Shown: positions 1-13,380, counted from the first letter of the stretch. The stretch is DNA of 64,000 nucleotides from Sphyrna mokarran (GCA_024679065.1 JAGIQG010000004.1:37076001-37140000); one strand, 5' to 3'. Numbers and translations are program-made. The notes: generated by a model from the sequence alone, not told the origin.

Positions 1-679
1 GTCCTGACCACAAATTGTATTCGTATTTCATCCCCTTAACCATTTTGGTCTAAACCAGGATATCAAACCTGAAGCCTTGCTTATGTGCATGGCAGGACTC
101 AAGTTGCCATCTATTTAGCAAGCAAGCTATTGAGGAAATTAACCACTCTCATTTCCTCTCCGATTGCATACTTCAGGAATGGCCAACGGTGATCTCAGAG
201 TTACTGGGAATGGGGGAAGTGAGCTGGTTCTCAAGCAGATAATCCCTGGGCATTCCCCCTTTCTTCCAAGTATTAAGATAAAGATAAATAAAAAGCAATT
301 TTGCAAATTAAGACAAACTATAATAGAATCTCTTCAAAAAAGTCATACTGTGTGAGAGTAATTTGTAGAGAATGCAGTATTGCATCAAGTCAAATTCTGA
401 AGAATGCTGAGAATAGATACTTAGGATGTGGGACTCATCTCTTCAGCAATGCATAATGTGTTTGGTGCATGGAATGAAATATTCCTTAAGTACTGTAAAT
501 AGTGATTGTCACAATTTAATTTACATTTTAGAAATAAATACTGTTTTAATAGAATTTTCTGCCAGAAATTCAAAGAAAATCTCATGAATTAAGTCATTTC
601 GTTGCTACACATTTCAGTGGACAACCTGTCTATTTGCACCTGAAATTCCTGAAAACACAGTTCATTTGATACAGTTCAA

Positions 680-2455
680 TGTAGATTGGAGGCGCAGATT
701 CATTGGTAGGATGGCTGAGGAACAGTGAAGGATTTTTAAGGATCTTTTTCGGTATTCAGCAGAAATATATTCTGATGGTAAAGAAGGACTATAGAAGAAG
801 GGAAAATCAGCCATGGTTTTCAAAGGAAATAAAGGAGAGTATTAAATTAAAAGCTGATGCGTTCAAAGCAGCTAAAAATAGTGGGCGATTAGAAGATTGG
901 GAAAGTTTTAAACAACAACAAAGAATGACTGAGAAAGTGATAAAGAAAGGAGAGATAGAGTATGAGGCTAAACTAGCTCTAAATATAAAAAAAGACAGCA
1001 AAAGTTTTTACAAATATATGTAGAGGAGAAGACTGGCTAGACTGAACGTTGGACCCTTGGAGGACGAGAGGAGGGATTTAGCGGTGGGCGATGAAGAAAT
1101 GGCTGAGGTTTTAAACAAGTTTTTTGTGTCGGTCTTCACAGAGGAGGACACAAATAATTTGCTGGATATTAAAGATAGAAGGACGGTAGGAGATGAAGTC
1201 CTTGATGCAATTACAGTCACTAGAGAGGTAGTGCTTGATAGACTAACAGGGCTGAAGGTAGATAAGTCCCCAGGACTGGATGGAATGCATCCTAGGGTTC
1301 TGAAAGAAATGACATAGGTGATAAGGATGCCTTAGTAATTATTTATCAAAAATTCGCTGGACTCCGCAGAATTGCCGAAAGATCGGAAAATGGCTAATGT
1401 TACGCCGCTGTTTAAAAAGGTAGCAGACAAAAGGCAGGGAATTATAGGCCGATTAGTTTAACATCTGTAATCTGAAAAATGCTTGAATCCGTCATCAAAG
1501 AAGAAATAGCAAGGCACCTAGAAAAGAACGGTTTGATCAAGCAGACACAGCACGGATTCGTTGAGGGGAAATCGTGTTTGACAAATTTATTGGATTTCTA
1601 TGAGGATGTGACTGGTGCAGTAGACAGAGGGGAACCGGTGGATGTGGCGTTTTTAGATTTCCAGGAGGCATTTGATAAGGTGCCTCACAAAAGGTTGCTG
1701 CAAAATGTTAGAGTGCAAGGAGTTGGGGATAAGGTATTAGCGTGGATAGAGGATTGGTTGTCTAATAGGAAGCAGAGAGTAGGAATCAATGGGTGCTATT
1801 CTGGTTGGCAGCTGGTACTTGTGAAGTGCCTCTGGGATCGTTGCTGGGGCCTCAACTGTTTACCATACACATAGATGATCTGGAGGAAGGGGCTGAGTGT
1901 AGGGTAACGAAATTTGCTGATGATACGAAGATGAGTGGAAAAGCAAATTGAGTGGAGGGTGTGGAAAGTCTGCAGAGAGGTCTGGATAGGTTGAGTGTGT
2001 GGGCGAGGACCTGGCAGATGGAGTACAATGTTGGCAAGTGTGGGGTTATCCACTTTGGTAGAAATAATAGTAGGAGGGATTATTATTTAAAGGGTGAAAA
2101 GCTGCAGCATGCTACAGTGCAGAGGGACCTGGGGGTCCTTGTGCACGAATCACAAAAACCCAGTCTGCAGGTGCAGCAGGTGATCAAGAAGGTGAATGGA
2201 ATGTTGGCCTTTATAGCGAGGGGATAAAATGTAAAAGTAGGGAGGTCTTGTTGCAACCTTACAGGGTGCTGGTGAGACTACAGCTGGAGTACTGTGTGCA
2301 GTTTTGATTGCCGCATTTGCGGAAGGATACATTGGCCTTGGAGGGAGTGTAGAGAAGGTTTGCTCGGCTGATACCAGATATGAGGGGGTTAGCCTATGAA
2401 GAGAGATTGAATAGACTGGGTCTGTACTCGTTAGAGTTTGGAAGGCTGAGGGAGA
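680..2455 (+). mobile_element. CR1-clade LINE ORF2 fragment (reverse transcriptase), truncated at both ends and disrupted
   Basis: ORF pieces KSPGLDGMHPRVLKE, QHGFVEGKSCLTNLLDFYE, VDVAFLDFQEAFDKVPH, YIDDL..KFADD, WQMEYNVGKC and QRDLGVLV, split by stops and frameshifts. Confidence 0.93.
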
Positions 2456-3374
2456 TTCGAGTGAGAAGTTGAACTGACAAAACAGGTGGGATCTAGAATA
2501 GTTTTCCTACTGGTTCAGTGCTTTTGGGAGAATCGCAGCTTTGATTTGCACTCTAAAGCTTTGGCATTCTTTTTAATCACATGTACTAAGTGATGTGCAT
2601 TATATGTAACTTCTCTTTAAAATATTGTATCAAACAATTTAAACATTCATTATTTAACTGGAATCAGAATGGATGAGAAAGATCTGGATTTACATTGGAA
2701 AACATAACTTTTTTCAGACGAGGAGAAAGATTAACAAATTAAGCTTTAGAATTTGAGAATGTGCATTTAAGAACTTCTCCTTTTCCTTAAAAAACAATGA
2801 CATTTCAAGAACAAACAGCCAGATGAAAATATGCTTTGTAGTAAAAACATATGGAAGAGCATTTTACTTTGGTAACGAGAAATGAGAGAGTTTAATCCAA
2901 GGGTAGAGTGGTAAATTGAACTTCAATTGCACGTAAGAGGGCTAGAGCTGGCTCAAAAGAGTCACACAGCTAGATTCTTATGGACACATTATTTTCTACA
3001 AGGACCCCCACTTCACTATGACAACAGCAAGATTAATGCATTGAAGCTGAGAGACAAGTGCCCATGAAATAGGCAGAATGAAGGGTTTGGACCTTGGCTG
3101 GATCCCAGCTTCATTCAGCCACCCAGTTTTGCTTTTCCTAAAATATACAGGACACCAGAAAATAATTCATCATAATCAATAAAATCACCACTTAGGAGCT
3201 AAATATTTTTCATAAAAGCTGCCCAAATAAATTAGTTAATGGTATTATAGAATTCCAAAACTCTCTTTCCTACAATTATGATTAAAACCATTGAATAAAC
3301 CATTGAATTCCTACAGGGCAGAAAGAGGCTATTCAGCCCATCAAGTCTGCAGTGACTCTCTGAAAGGACATCTT

Positions 3375-3614
3375 AGTAAGAGGTCTGATAACACCAATTT
3401 TAAATCCAACCAATTTATTTGATAGTAAACTTGCAAGCTTTCGGCTTTTGTAGCCTTCCTCAGGCGAATGAGACCTCAGACCTCATTTGCCTGAGGAAGA
3501 CTACAAAAGCTGAAAGCTTGCAAGTTTACTATCAAATAAATCGATTGGATTTAAAATTGGTGTTGTCAGACCTCTTACTGAGTTTACCCCAGTCCAACGC
3601 CAGCATCTCTACAT
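3375..3614. mobile_element. Penelope-like element terminal fragment forming a 98-bp-arm inverted repeat with hammerhead-like cores
   Basis: Arms 3375-3472 and 3482-3579 (6 mismatches, 9-nt loop). Tail ccccagtccaacgccagcatctc. Flanking duplication aaagg(a/g)catctta at 3363 and 3615. Confidence 0.75.
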
Positions 3615-3771
3615 AAAGGGCATCTTACCCAGGCCTCCTGCTCCCCCCTATCCCTGTAATACTGTGCATTTACCATGGCTAACCCAGCTAATTTACACAT
3701 CTTTGAACAATAAAGGACAATGTAGCATGGCCAATCCACTTAATCTGCACATCTTTGGATTGTGGGAGGAA

Positions 3772-4910
3772 TGATGTGAAGATGCTGGTGTTGGACTGGC
3801 GTAAGCACTGTAAGAAGTCTCACAACACCAGGTTAAAGTCCAACAGGTTTATTTGGCAGCACAAGCTTTCAGAGTCTCAAGATCCTTCATCAGGTGTTAA
3901 ACCAGGCGAGAAAGAGTGAACTGGCTCCCCTCCATTCAACCTCCTCAGTGGGTCACAGCAAAGGTTTAAGTTTCTTTTTCACGAGAATAAGCCTTTCCAA
4001 ATCAGAATGTATTTAAATATTTAAGTTGTGAGTAATAAGGGGTCAATCAAAAAGATTTTCTTGAGTCGAAGAAAGAACAAATTTATTAACCGCTAAACTC
4101 AATAATAAAAATGTGACATCAAGCATTCGGTCAAATTGAGTTTGATTGTTTCTTGGGTGCAGTCACATGTAGAAGATATCATAATTATAGCAAGATGTTG
4201 GTTTGCTGGAAGGTTCTAGGTAGAGTTGACTTCTAAAACCAGGTGAAACATTTACTCTAAAAGAGACAGAAGCGGAGTGTAGCCTTCAGCTTGTTTCCTC
4301 TGCTGAAGGCTTTCTTGACACCACCTACATTTCTTACAATCTCTATCAAGTGACTGAGCAACTTTGCTTTGAAATACTTCACCCATTGAGCATTTTCAAG
4401 AGGCTTTGGTTGTGTCCGTGGCAGCCATTGTATTAATATCCAGTACTTTGCATTGCTAAAGTCTCTTCCTTCAGCAGTTATGAATTTCGATAGCTGTCTG
4501 GATTATGGGAAATTTCTCCCTCATCATTCTCTTCTTGGGTGATTTATCTGTTTTTCACCTTCACCTTGGAGTGTGGCCATGCATTTTAAGCAGCCTGCTC
4601 CATCTCAGTTCAAATGGAAAAAATTTCAGTCAGTTGAAAGTTGAAAAATCAAATTTTCAAAAATAACGGGGCATTGCTTAATAGTATTTATCCCCAATAT
4701 TCACCAATTCCACGTGCTAGTTGTATTATGTCTCTGCATTTTTTTACAATTTATAAATTACAAACATAATTTGTTTTTAGTAAATTGAACATTTATGAGC
4801 TATCACTATTTGCATACAACTACAATTTAAACAGGTGATGAAGGAGCTTGAGACTCTGAAAGCTAGTACTGTCAAATAAACCTGTTGGATTTTACCTGGT
4901 GTTCTGAGAC
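3772..4910. mobile_element. Second Penelope-like inverted terminal fragment (arms about 3818-3892 and 4836-4909) interrupted by a ~935 bp insert
   Basis: Left arm ..ggtttatttggcagcacaagctttcagagtctcaagatccttcatc and right arm gatgaaggagcttgagactctgaaagctagtactgtcaaataaacc are reverse complements. Flanking duplication gtgggaggaa at 3762 and 4912. Confidence 0.72.
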
Positions 4911-5699
4911 CGTGGGAGGAAACCAGAGAACCCGGAAGAAACCCACGCAGACAGAGGGAGAACGTGCAAATTCCACAGAGACACCCAATTACAATTTAAA
5001 ATTTAATCTTGTTGCAAAGTCATCCTACATGAGTCTGTGCACTTTCCATTACAGCAATAACACATACAATTCCATGAGATGACTAAATATGTGGCTACAT
5101 GTTGGTTCATATGCAGTGATGTATACAGAGATGTGCACAAATACTAAACATCCACTTTTTTCCACTGAGAATGATATCATAAAATCAACAGGAAATTGTA
5201 CTCACATAAGCATCATTAATATAGTAAAATGTCCCAAGATGATTCACTAGAATATGACCAGTTAAATATTGACTGTGAGCCAGAGCAGACAAAATTAAGA
5301 TAGGTTAGTCAAAATTTTAAAGAGTATCTTAAAGGAGGAGAGAGAAGTAGAGAGATGGGGGAGGGATTTGTTCACTATATATTACTCACTGTTGCTAAAT
5401 TAATTATGCTCTGATAGCCTGTTCCAATACTAACCATTTAACTGAATGCCAAATATTGCATATCTTGGGATACAAGATTGTAACTCAGCCAAACAGAAGA
5501 TGTCAAGTTTAGTTGAGAAAGTCTACCAAAGTAACTGAGTATGAATGTTTATCAATTTGGAGACAAACAAACAAGTTGCCTTTCTAACAGAGCTGTCCAA
5601 GCGAACTCTGACCAGTTTCAGGTGTAGCTATGATGGCACCATTTCAGTCACAAGCACAATTTTAAATAAGAAATAGCTTACAACAAGACCAGGGGGAGG

Positions 5700-6270
5700 G
5701 GAGGTGTGATTCTTCCAGCCTGCTGAAGAATCACCAGGAGACATTCGCGGAGGCCGTTTAGCAAGCTCTCCGTTGGACACCACAGCCTCTGCGCATCTCC
5801 CAGATGGAGATTTTTGGAGTAATCAGCTCCACGCCATATTTAAATACTTAAATTTGGATTTTGATTTCGATTTCATTAGCGAGCTCGGGACTGAAGTCTC
5901 CGGACCTGCTATCATCCTCCCACTCCCACCCCCACCTCCCAACTCCAGCAGGGTTTACAACAGCTCCTCACAAATGGGGAACCAGCGGCCAACCCAGCTG
6001 GACAGAGCAGAAGCCACGGAGGCCCGTGAAGAGGTCGGGGATAAGGGGATGCCTACTGGGCATTGCCAGCCTGGCCCTCTGATACTGCCAAGGAGCAAAT
6101 TGGCAAGGGACATCTTGGGCTTTGGGCAGAGCCAAGGGGCAGAGGCTATTAGGAGTGAGGCCTATAGGAAGAGCGTTCATTGAGGGTGGGGGGTGTCACA
6201 CTGCCACTCTGCATAGGGATCAGTGACAGAGGAGGAGAAGGGAGTAATCTGTGGGCAACATTTCATTAAA
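5700..6270. repeat. GC-richer interspersed repeat, probable non-autonomous DNA-transposon relic
   Basis: Abrupt rise in GC content. Style resembles the elements at about 16310 and 58261. No coding homology recognised. Confidence 0.35.
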
Positions 6271-6344
6271 CATGGGCGTGAATAAGAGTACTTCACAGTA
6301 ACCTGTGAGATTTACATATTTGGAATATAGATTTCCGAGTGCCT

Positions 6345-7095
6345 TTTTTAATTTATGAGATGTGGACATTGCCAGCATTTATTGGTTATCCCTACCTGTC
6401 CTTCAGAAAGTGGTGGTGAGGGTGAACTGTCTTCTGAAACCGCTGCAGTCCCTGAGGTGTAGGTACACCCAGAGTACTGTTAGGGAAGCAGTTCCAAGAT
6501 TTTGACCTGGTGACAGTGAAGAAAGGTGATATATTTTCAAGTCAGGATTATGATGTGGAAGGGTAATTATCCCTGTTATCTGTTCTTATCCTTCTAGATG
6601 GTGATGATAATGATCATGGGTTTGGGAGGTACTGACAAAGGAACCTCGGTGAGTTCCTACAGAGCATTTTATAGATGGTTCACGTATCCGCCATTATACA
6701 CCTGTGATGGAGAGATCAAATGTTCATGGAATGGGTAGCTATCAGGCATGCTGTATTGTCCTGGATGATGTCACGCCTCTTGCATGTTGTTGGAGCTGCA
6801 CTCATACAGGCAAGTGGAAAGTATTCTATTACATTCTTCATTTGTGCCTTGTAGCTAGTGGACAGACTTTGTGAACCAGAAGGTGAGCTACTCACTACAG
6901 AATTCCTAGAATTTGACATTCTCTGGTAACCACATATGGTTGGCCAAATTCAGTTTCTGGGTAAATGCCAACCCCGAAGATGTTGATTGTGGAAGATTCA
7001 GCAATGGCAATGTCATTCAATGTCAAAGGACGATGGTTACATCCTCTCTTGTTGGAGAAGATCATTGTCTGGTACTTGTGTGGCGTGAATGCTAC
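6345..7095 (-). mobile_element. 3' fragment of a non-LTR retrotransposon (same family as 61410-63662)
   Basis: Reverse-strand peptides KYQTMIFSNKR..PLTLNDIAIAESSTINI and YKAQMKNVIEYFPLACMSAAPTT match the copy at 62.9-63.3 kb. The 3' tail is shared. Confidence 0.8.
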
Positions 7096-8081
7096 ATACT
7101 GAACAAGGGGTAGTATTGGTTGGGCACAGATGAGAGTGAATGACCATTGCATCAACGTGGTCTGGACCTCCAGAAATGTTAACTCTACAGTCATTTGACT
7201 GAAACTAACTTCCATTCTAAAATATCCTGAACAAAGAAAATCTAGTCGAGAAACATTTAAAAATCAAAAAGTATAATTTAACATCTGAAACATCAATGTT
7301 CATAGCTGAAATTCTTCTAATGCAGCCAAAATACTACTCATTTGCAAGAAGTTTCACAGCGTCATGAGAATCCTTTAGCCTGCAACTTTCTGGCTCCCCA
7401 GCATCAGATTTGAGGGCTACCTCAAAGATGTGTTGGGGAATCTTTCTGAGGAGTTGCCAGGTAAGGGTTTAATAAATGACTTGCTTTTTTTCAAAAAAAA
7501 ATTGCCAAAAAATCTGCTGTATGAACTTATTTTAAATTAGGAAATATCACTCTGAGAGTGAAGAAATGACCACACTTTAGATGCAAACATACTAATTATG
7601 TGTTGGAAGGTACTACACAAATTGTGTCCATTACAGAATTCTTAAGCTGTGCTGGCAAAAAAAAACACAGGAAAAGAGGCCGGAATCCTGGTCTTGGGTC
7701 CCATATGTCATTTTTAAAGGACTTGTGATTTGGTCCAACTCCATAAAGATACGTGCCAGTGTATCTTGTGCAGCTTCTAGATTTCTGTCCAGGAGTTGCA
7801 AGTGAAAGTTTGACATTATCAAAGCAATTGTTAAGAATGTTAGTTCACATGAGATTTGCGTTCTACCTTGAACGTATTCGGCTGTTGTTTCCTCTTCGCC
7901 ATGATATTCCATTTTAGAACTGCTCATTATTGATTGTGTTTTCTATATTCTGCTGACCTGAAGCAATTATTCTGATTGGTTGAGCCAATCATAATGACAG
8001 CTCTTCTCTTCATAAAATGCTCCTAAGGTTGCTGTTTAATTTTACTCGTAACGAAGAAGGAAAAGCACTCATACTGTTTAA

Positions 8082-8345
8082 CTTTATTTATTAGCGACAC
8101 AAGTAGGCTTACATCAACACTGCAATGAAGTTACAGCGCCTGTTCGGCTACACTGAGGGAGGATTTAGCAAGGCCAATGCACCTAACCAACATGTCTTTT
8201 GAACGGTAGGAGGAAACCAGAGCACCCACACGAAACCCATGCAGACAAGGAGAAAATGTGCAATCTCCACACAGACAGTGATACATGCCGGGAATCAAAT
8301 CCAGGTCCCTGGTGCTGTGAGGCAGCAGTGCTAATCACTGTGCCA
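8082..8345 (-). mobile_element. HE1-related tRNA-derived SINE
   Basis: ggaggaaaccagagcacccacacgaaacccatgcagac..gggaatcaaatccaggtccctggtgctgtgaggcagcagtgcta is the reverse complement of the SINE head and body. Confidence 0.8.
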
Positions 8346-11300
8346 TTGTGCAAAATTAGTTCTCCAATTCTGGTCTTACCATTTTATCATCAAATGCATA
8401 AAAAATATTCAAAAGAGCACATGCCGGTGTTCTCTGCTATAACTATTAAGTACAATCACATTATATATAACGTTTTCTTATTTATTAAAAATGTATAGCC
8501 ATATCTGAATTCCAACCAGCCATATCACTTATTAGGCAGCACAGCTTTATAAGTATTCAAGGTAAAAGTAATTCAACTCTGACAATCTATTACTGCACTA
8601 GCTATTTCTATCAGAGCAATTGAGTCATTTAAACAATAAAAAGTTACCTGTTGTGTTTTCTCTTGGATAACATGTTTTACACAGGCAGTGCATATAATAT
8701 ACTGAACAGCAATTTTAGAGTTCTAACTAAATATTTTCCATTCCTGTTACAAAAATGCTATGCTTTTGCCCATAAATTATACTGTATCCTATTTGTCCCA
8801 TTTATTCAAAGTGTGCATTGTCCTATATCAAATTAATATTAACCAGTGGGAAATTTATATGTTTTATAATTTTTTTTCATTGCCGTTTAGAGACATATTG
8901 TCATAAGGAATGTCTGATTTGCAAGCCAGACATTCTTGGCATAAAGGTAGCTTGCTTGACATTATTAAATATGGTGCCAGGTCCTTCCAATTTAGTATTT
9001 TTGACAGTTGAAAAAACAACTGATTTGTCTATAGAAGTTTACATTTAAATAGTTCAAAAGATTATTGGATGCAGGTGAATAGGGTGACCACGTAGCACGA
9101 AGTTAGATCCTTGCATGATATTCTTAACAGCTTAGATGGTTTTGATATATCACCATAATTACTTGGTTCCCCACCAGGATGATGATACCCCTTCAAAGAT
9201 TACTAAACCATTAACTAGAATCTCGTACTTCAATCTGAACTACTGTTTATAAACATTCAGAGTAAAAGTTCTGTGATGAAGAAATTGTCCACTTAACCTC
9301 AAGAATACAAGTCACAACATTTGTTGTACTTACTGTATAATGTGATTACATTCAGCAGTGGATTAAGAACAGGTTTCTCTGTCTTAGTGCAGGCACCTCC
9401 CAAACTGCATTAGTAGACACCCATTAGGATGGAATTATTGTCCCTTTTGTAAGACATACAGAATAATTTCTATTACGTCTCTTTATTTATCAGACCAAGC
9501 AACATACCCGTTAAATGGTAAAAACCTTCATTCAAAAATAGCCAGAGAGAAAGCTGATGTGTTGAATTAGATCCACAATATTTACTCCATATACACAGAA
9601 AGACACTGTACAGAACCCAGGCTTTAACTTTCAACCAAAGGGATAACATTTTCTCATAAATGCAAGGAAAATGCGCTACACTGAAACTTCAATAGCTACA
9701 ATGTTTTGCCCCAGTGGGGCTTATTTTATAGAGAGGTGAAGCACCTCAAACTTTCATTCACAGTCCAAGATCCTATAGTAAAATATCACCAGATGTACAA
9801 GGGTAGAAAAGAAGTCTGTGGATCTGTGATCAGGATGTTGTAAATACGCAGACATTTTATAAACCAGCTGTCCTGTCTGTATGGCCAGGGTAGTATGACT
9901 TCTTGAAACTGTTCTGCCAACAAATACAAAAACAAAAGAAAAAGGAAAAACAGCAGACAGCTCCAATGTAATACAAATCTTTTTTCAATATGAACAATCC
10001 AAACAATTGTCCATGGTTAAAACTGCTTCATGGTATAATGAGCACAAAACCTTAAAGCCTTCATTACTGTGTTTAGCACACCCCAGGATGTCTCCATACT
10101 GAGCCAGTAAATATCCAGTGCACATTGGAAAGGCTGTGGAGGAATTGGCAGCTTCCTTCATTTCTTCTAAATCTGCCTTTAAGTATATTTTATTAGTGAA
10201 TCACAACCAAAATAATTAAATCCAATGCAGCATCTAAAACAAGTTTGAACTATCTCACTTACAGTTTTGGCTCTCTGCAGAGTTCCAGCTTGACCTCCTG
10301 CTCAAATCCTCTGCTCCCTGTTATAATGTGAAAAGTCCCAGTCAGGTTGTGCAACGTGGATCATATATGATGGCAAATAATCCACTTAGAGAGAAACAAC
10401 TTCAGAAAATATAGTATCTTCTGCAGCATCAGTGTAAAATCTCTTTTACAGAGTCAGCTTCAGTAAGCTATACTTAGCAACACTTGTCACATAGGTGATT
10501 AAAACTGGAAGGATACATTACTTCAATCTATTTACTAAGAGCAGATAATTTTTGACCTGTCTTTGCCAGCAATCCAATAATCTGAATTAACTTAATATTC
10601 AAATGTCAACGTTCATCAAAAGTGTTATTGGTAATTGCTTGTCTTGCTCATACCAAGAGTTAGAAGATTCACTTTTAGAATGGAAAAAAGGAAATAATTT
10701 TGTATAGCAAAAAGGAATACTCAATAATTTTGTAGAATCAGAGAGATGCTACATTAGACATATGAGATGGTTGCTTCATCTTTTAACTTCACAAGTTTTC
10801 TGTACATCACTATATCACTTGGTTGAGAAGTGACTATGTTTCTCATACGTATTCATGTCTGTTGCTCTCAGTTGAATGTTGGGCACCATACTGTTGTTAT
10901 TTCTTACTTTTAAGTTTCAATGTTAGAAGCATGATAGAGTCAGTGACCAACCAGGACTAATCAAGCTCTCAAAAGCTTGAGGACAGTAAATCTGATAGGG
11001 TGAGCACTACCTAAATGAAGTCCGCAGTACTTTAAAGGGAAGGTACATTGTTTGTTTGGTGTTAGAAAAACAATATTCCGGAATAGCAGGCAGTGTGACT
11101 TCAACCAGGACTGCAGTCTAGGAAGGTGATCCTCTTCTGCTATAATGGGCAATGGGTACTCAGACAATTTTTTTGCAGCCTTGAAGGGGGTGGAAGATCA
11201 TGTTAATATCACAAGGATTGTTCAAAGGCCTGGCTGTAGTGCCGGAGAAAATGTAATGAGCTCAGCATGGCTGCCAAGGTACAAGTCACTTAACCATCTC

Positions 11301-12169
11301 TCAAGCTTTCCACATGGCCATGTAACATCATTATTTGGCTCAGCATATCAATCTTTCCTTCCACACAGAGGCCAGAAGGGATAAGAATGATGGGTTTCAC
11401 TCCCTAAAAGATGTTATGCAACCAGTTTTTTTTAATGAGAAGCTGACAGCTCTGTGGTTTGCTGGTTTATCTAATGGCTTCAGGAAAATGCAGATATAAT
11501 CACTAACTTGGAAGGATCCCTCATATTAGAGAACATCAGGGCCTACTCTCCTTTCTGTCCATTGGAAATATCATGGAAGTTTTTTCAGTTGCTTAATGGA
11601 AGCATGGACAGCAGACTGACTGATGTGATGGATATTTCCTGTGGCAGCCTTGAAGCAGCCAGAGGAAAAAACAGTCAGGTCTGCAGTGACCTTGACAACA
11701 ACAAGTAATTCTGTACTAGCTGTGGATTGCAGGATGGTTTTACAATCCAGTGACAGCTTCACTGGTCACTGCTCCTAAGTAAACTGCAGGTATTTTGTAC
11801 TTTGTTGGGATGGCAAAGATTCCTGCAAGCATGCCTTCTTCTATTTGTTCCTTCCTCCTTTGGCTGTTACCTCTAGATTCCTTGAAGCTGGAAAAACCAG
11901 AAGCCCCCACAAAAGTTAACTGTGCTCTGCAGCCAACACAAGTATTTTGAAATGGTCTATATGATAAAAATCACAACGCAATGCAATCAGAATGTCTCCC
12001 AAAAACTTTGCGTGTTTCAAGCAAGTGCAGCTGAAGAACTGTTCAAATATCACTAGAGAGGTTGGCTCTCAATTTGTACTATTTGTGCCGTGTACCCGGA
12101 ACAAATAGAGATAAAACAGCAAACAGAGTACTAACTAACCCATCTGATTCCAATTTCCATTTGTTCATT

Positions 12170-12315
12170 AGATATAGGACTTGGGGTGAATGAGATCAAA
12201 TGTTATGGAGAAAAAGCAGGATGAGCTATTGAGTTGGGTGATCAGCCGTGATCATAATGAATGGCAGAGCAGGCTCAAAGGGTCTCTTCCTGCTCCTTTC
12301 TTCTATGTTTCTATC
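12170..12315 (+). mobile_element. CR1-type LINE 3' tail fragment
   Basis: gatcagccgtgatcataatgaatggcagagcaggctcaaaggg..cctgctcctttcttctatgtttctat. Confidence 0.7.
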
Positions 12316-12559
12316 AGTCTCTGATTGATTTGAGGTCACTGCAGAAGATTTAAAAGTAGACAACAGCTGGTAGATCAGAGGTTCCACTTCCTACTCAACT
12401 TTGGTCCTGTTTTTTTTACATACAAATTAGGGTGTTAGTGAATGAAAATCATCTCCTAGCTTATAGTAGTCATAAAGCCCTTTTAGAAACCTAAAATTAA
12501 TAAAATAGGAGCATATGCATTATATGATCAATGTAGAATCCATTCCCTATTTCATTGCC

Positions 12560-13380
12560 AACACTTTGAACCTAAGAAAGTTGGGACATTGCATTTTCTA
12601 AATGGTTGGAAGCTGGGAACTAGGAGAGAGCTGAAAGATTTAGAGTTCTAAGTACGGAAATCACTAAAAGTCAGTAGATTGGTACAAAAAAATTTAAAGG
12701 GCTATAGAATGCTGGCCTTTATCTCAAGAAGACAAGAATACAAAGGAAAGGAACAAAACACTAGTTAAATCCCATTTAGAATATGTCATGCAGTTCTTGA
12801 ATCTGCACCTTGGACAAATAGGGGTGTCATACTAACCTTAGAGAGAGTAGAATACATATTCATTGGAATGATTACTGAGGCTTAAAAGTTTCATAATCAG
12901 AATAGGTTGCATAGACTAGGTAATTTTCCCTCGAGTATAGAAGATTGAAGAGTTGCTCAAATGAGATTTTTAAGATGCTTAAAAGTGTTGATAGGGTAAA
13001 AACTATTTCTTCTGGTGTAAGAATCCAGGACATGAAGGCATAATCTTAAAATTGGAGCAAGGATGTTCAGAGATTCCAGGAAGCATTTCAAAAGTATTAA
13101 ACTGAATTAAAGTGCTTTGGGGCATCGGGAGGTCATGAAGCAGGTTACAGAAATGCAAGTCTTTCTTTTTAAAAATCTGAAACTCCCAAAAGATTGTTAA
13201 GGCCATGTCAATTAAAAATTTCAAAATTTAGATTGCTAGATTTTTTTATTAGACAAGGATATGAGTGTTATAGAACCAAGGCGGATAAATGGAGTTAAGA
13301 AACAGGTCAGCCATAATCTAACTTAATGACAAAACAGGTTTGAAGTGCTGAATGACCTCTTTCTGTTCCTACAATCCTAT
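12560..13380 (+). mobile_element. Degenerate CR1-type LINE 3' end
   Basis: Resembles the 3' part of 680-2455 (gaatgctggcctttatctc.., ggttgcatagactagg) and ends in a CR1-like tail (gtcagccataatcta..tgctgaatgacctctttctgttcct). Confidence 0.7.

Larger units (their letters stand above)
3295..4988 (-). mobile_element. HE1-like shark SINE split into three pieces (3295-3374, 3615-3771, 4911-4988) by insertions
   Basis: Segments gcagaaagaggctattcagcccatc, gcatggccaatccacttaatctgcacatctttggattgtgggagga and gaaacccacgcagacagagggagaacgtgcaaattccaca are colinear with the reverse complement of the intact copy at 17120-17428. Confidence 0.8.

Noticed and set aside
5773-6183. 136-aa ORF (and similar ORFs at 58299-59052)
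   Set aside because: They lie within GC-richer repeat relics where stop codons are sparse, and show no protein-family signature.
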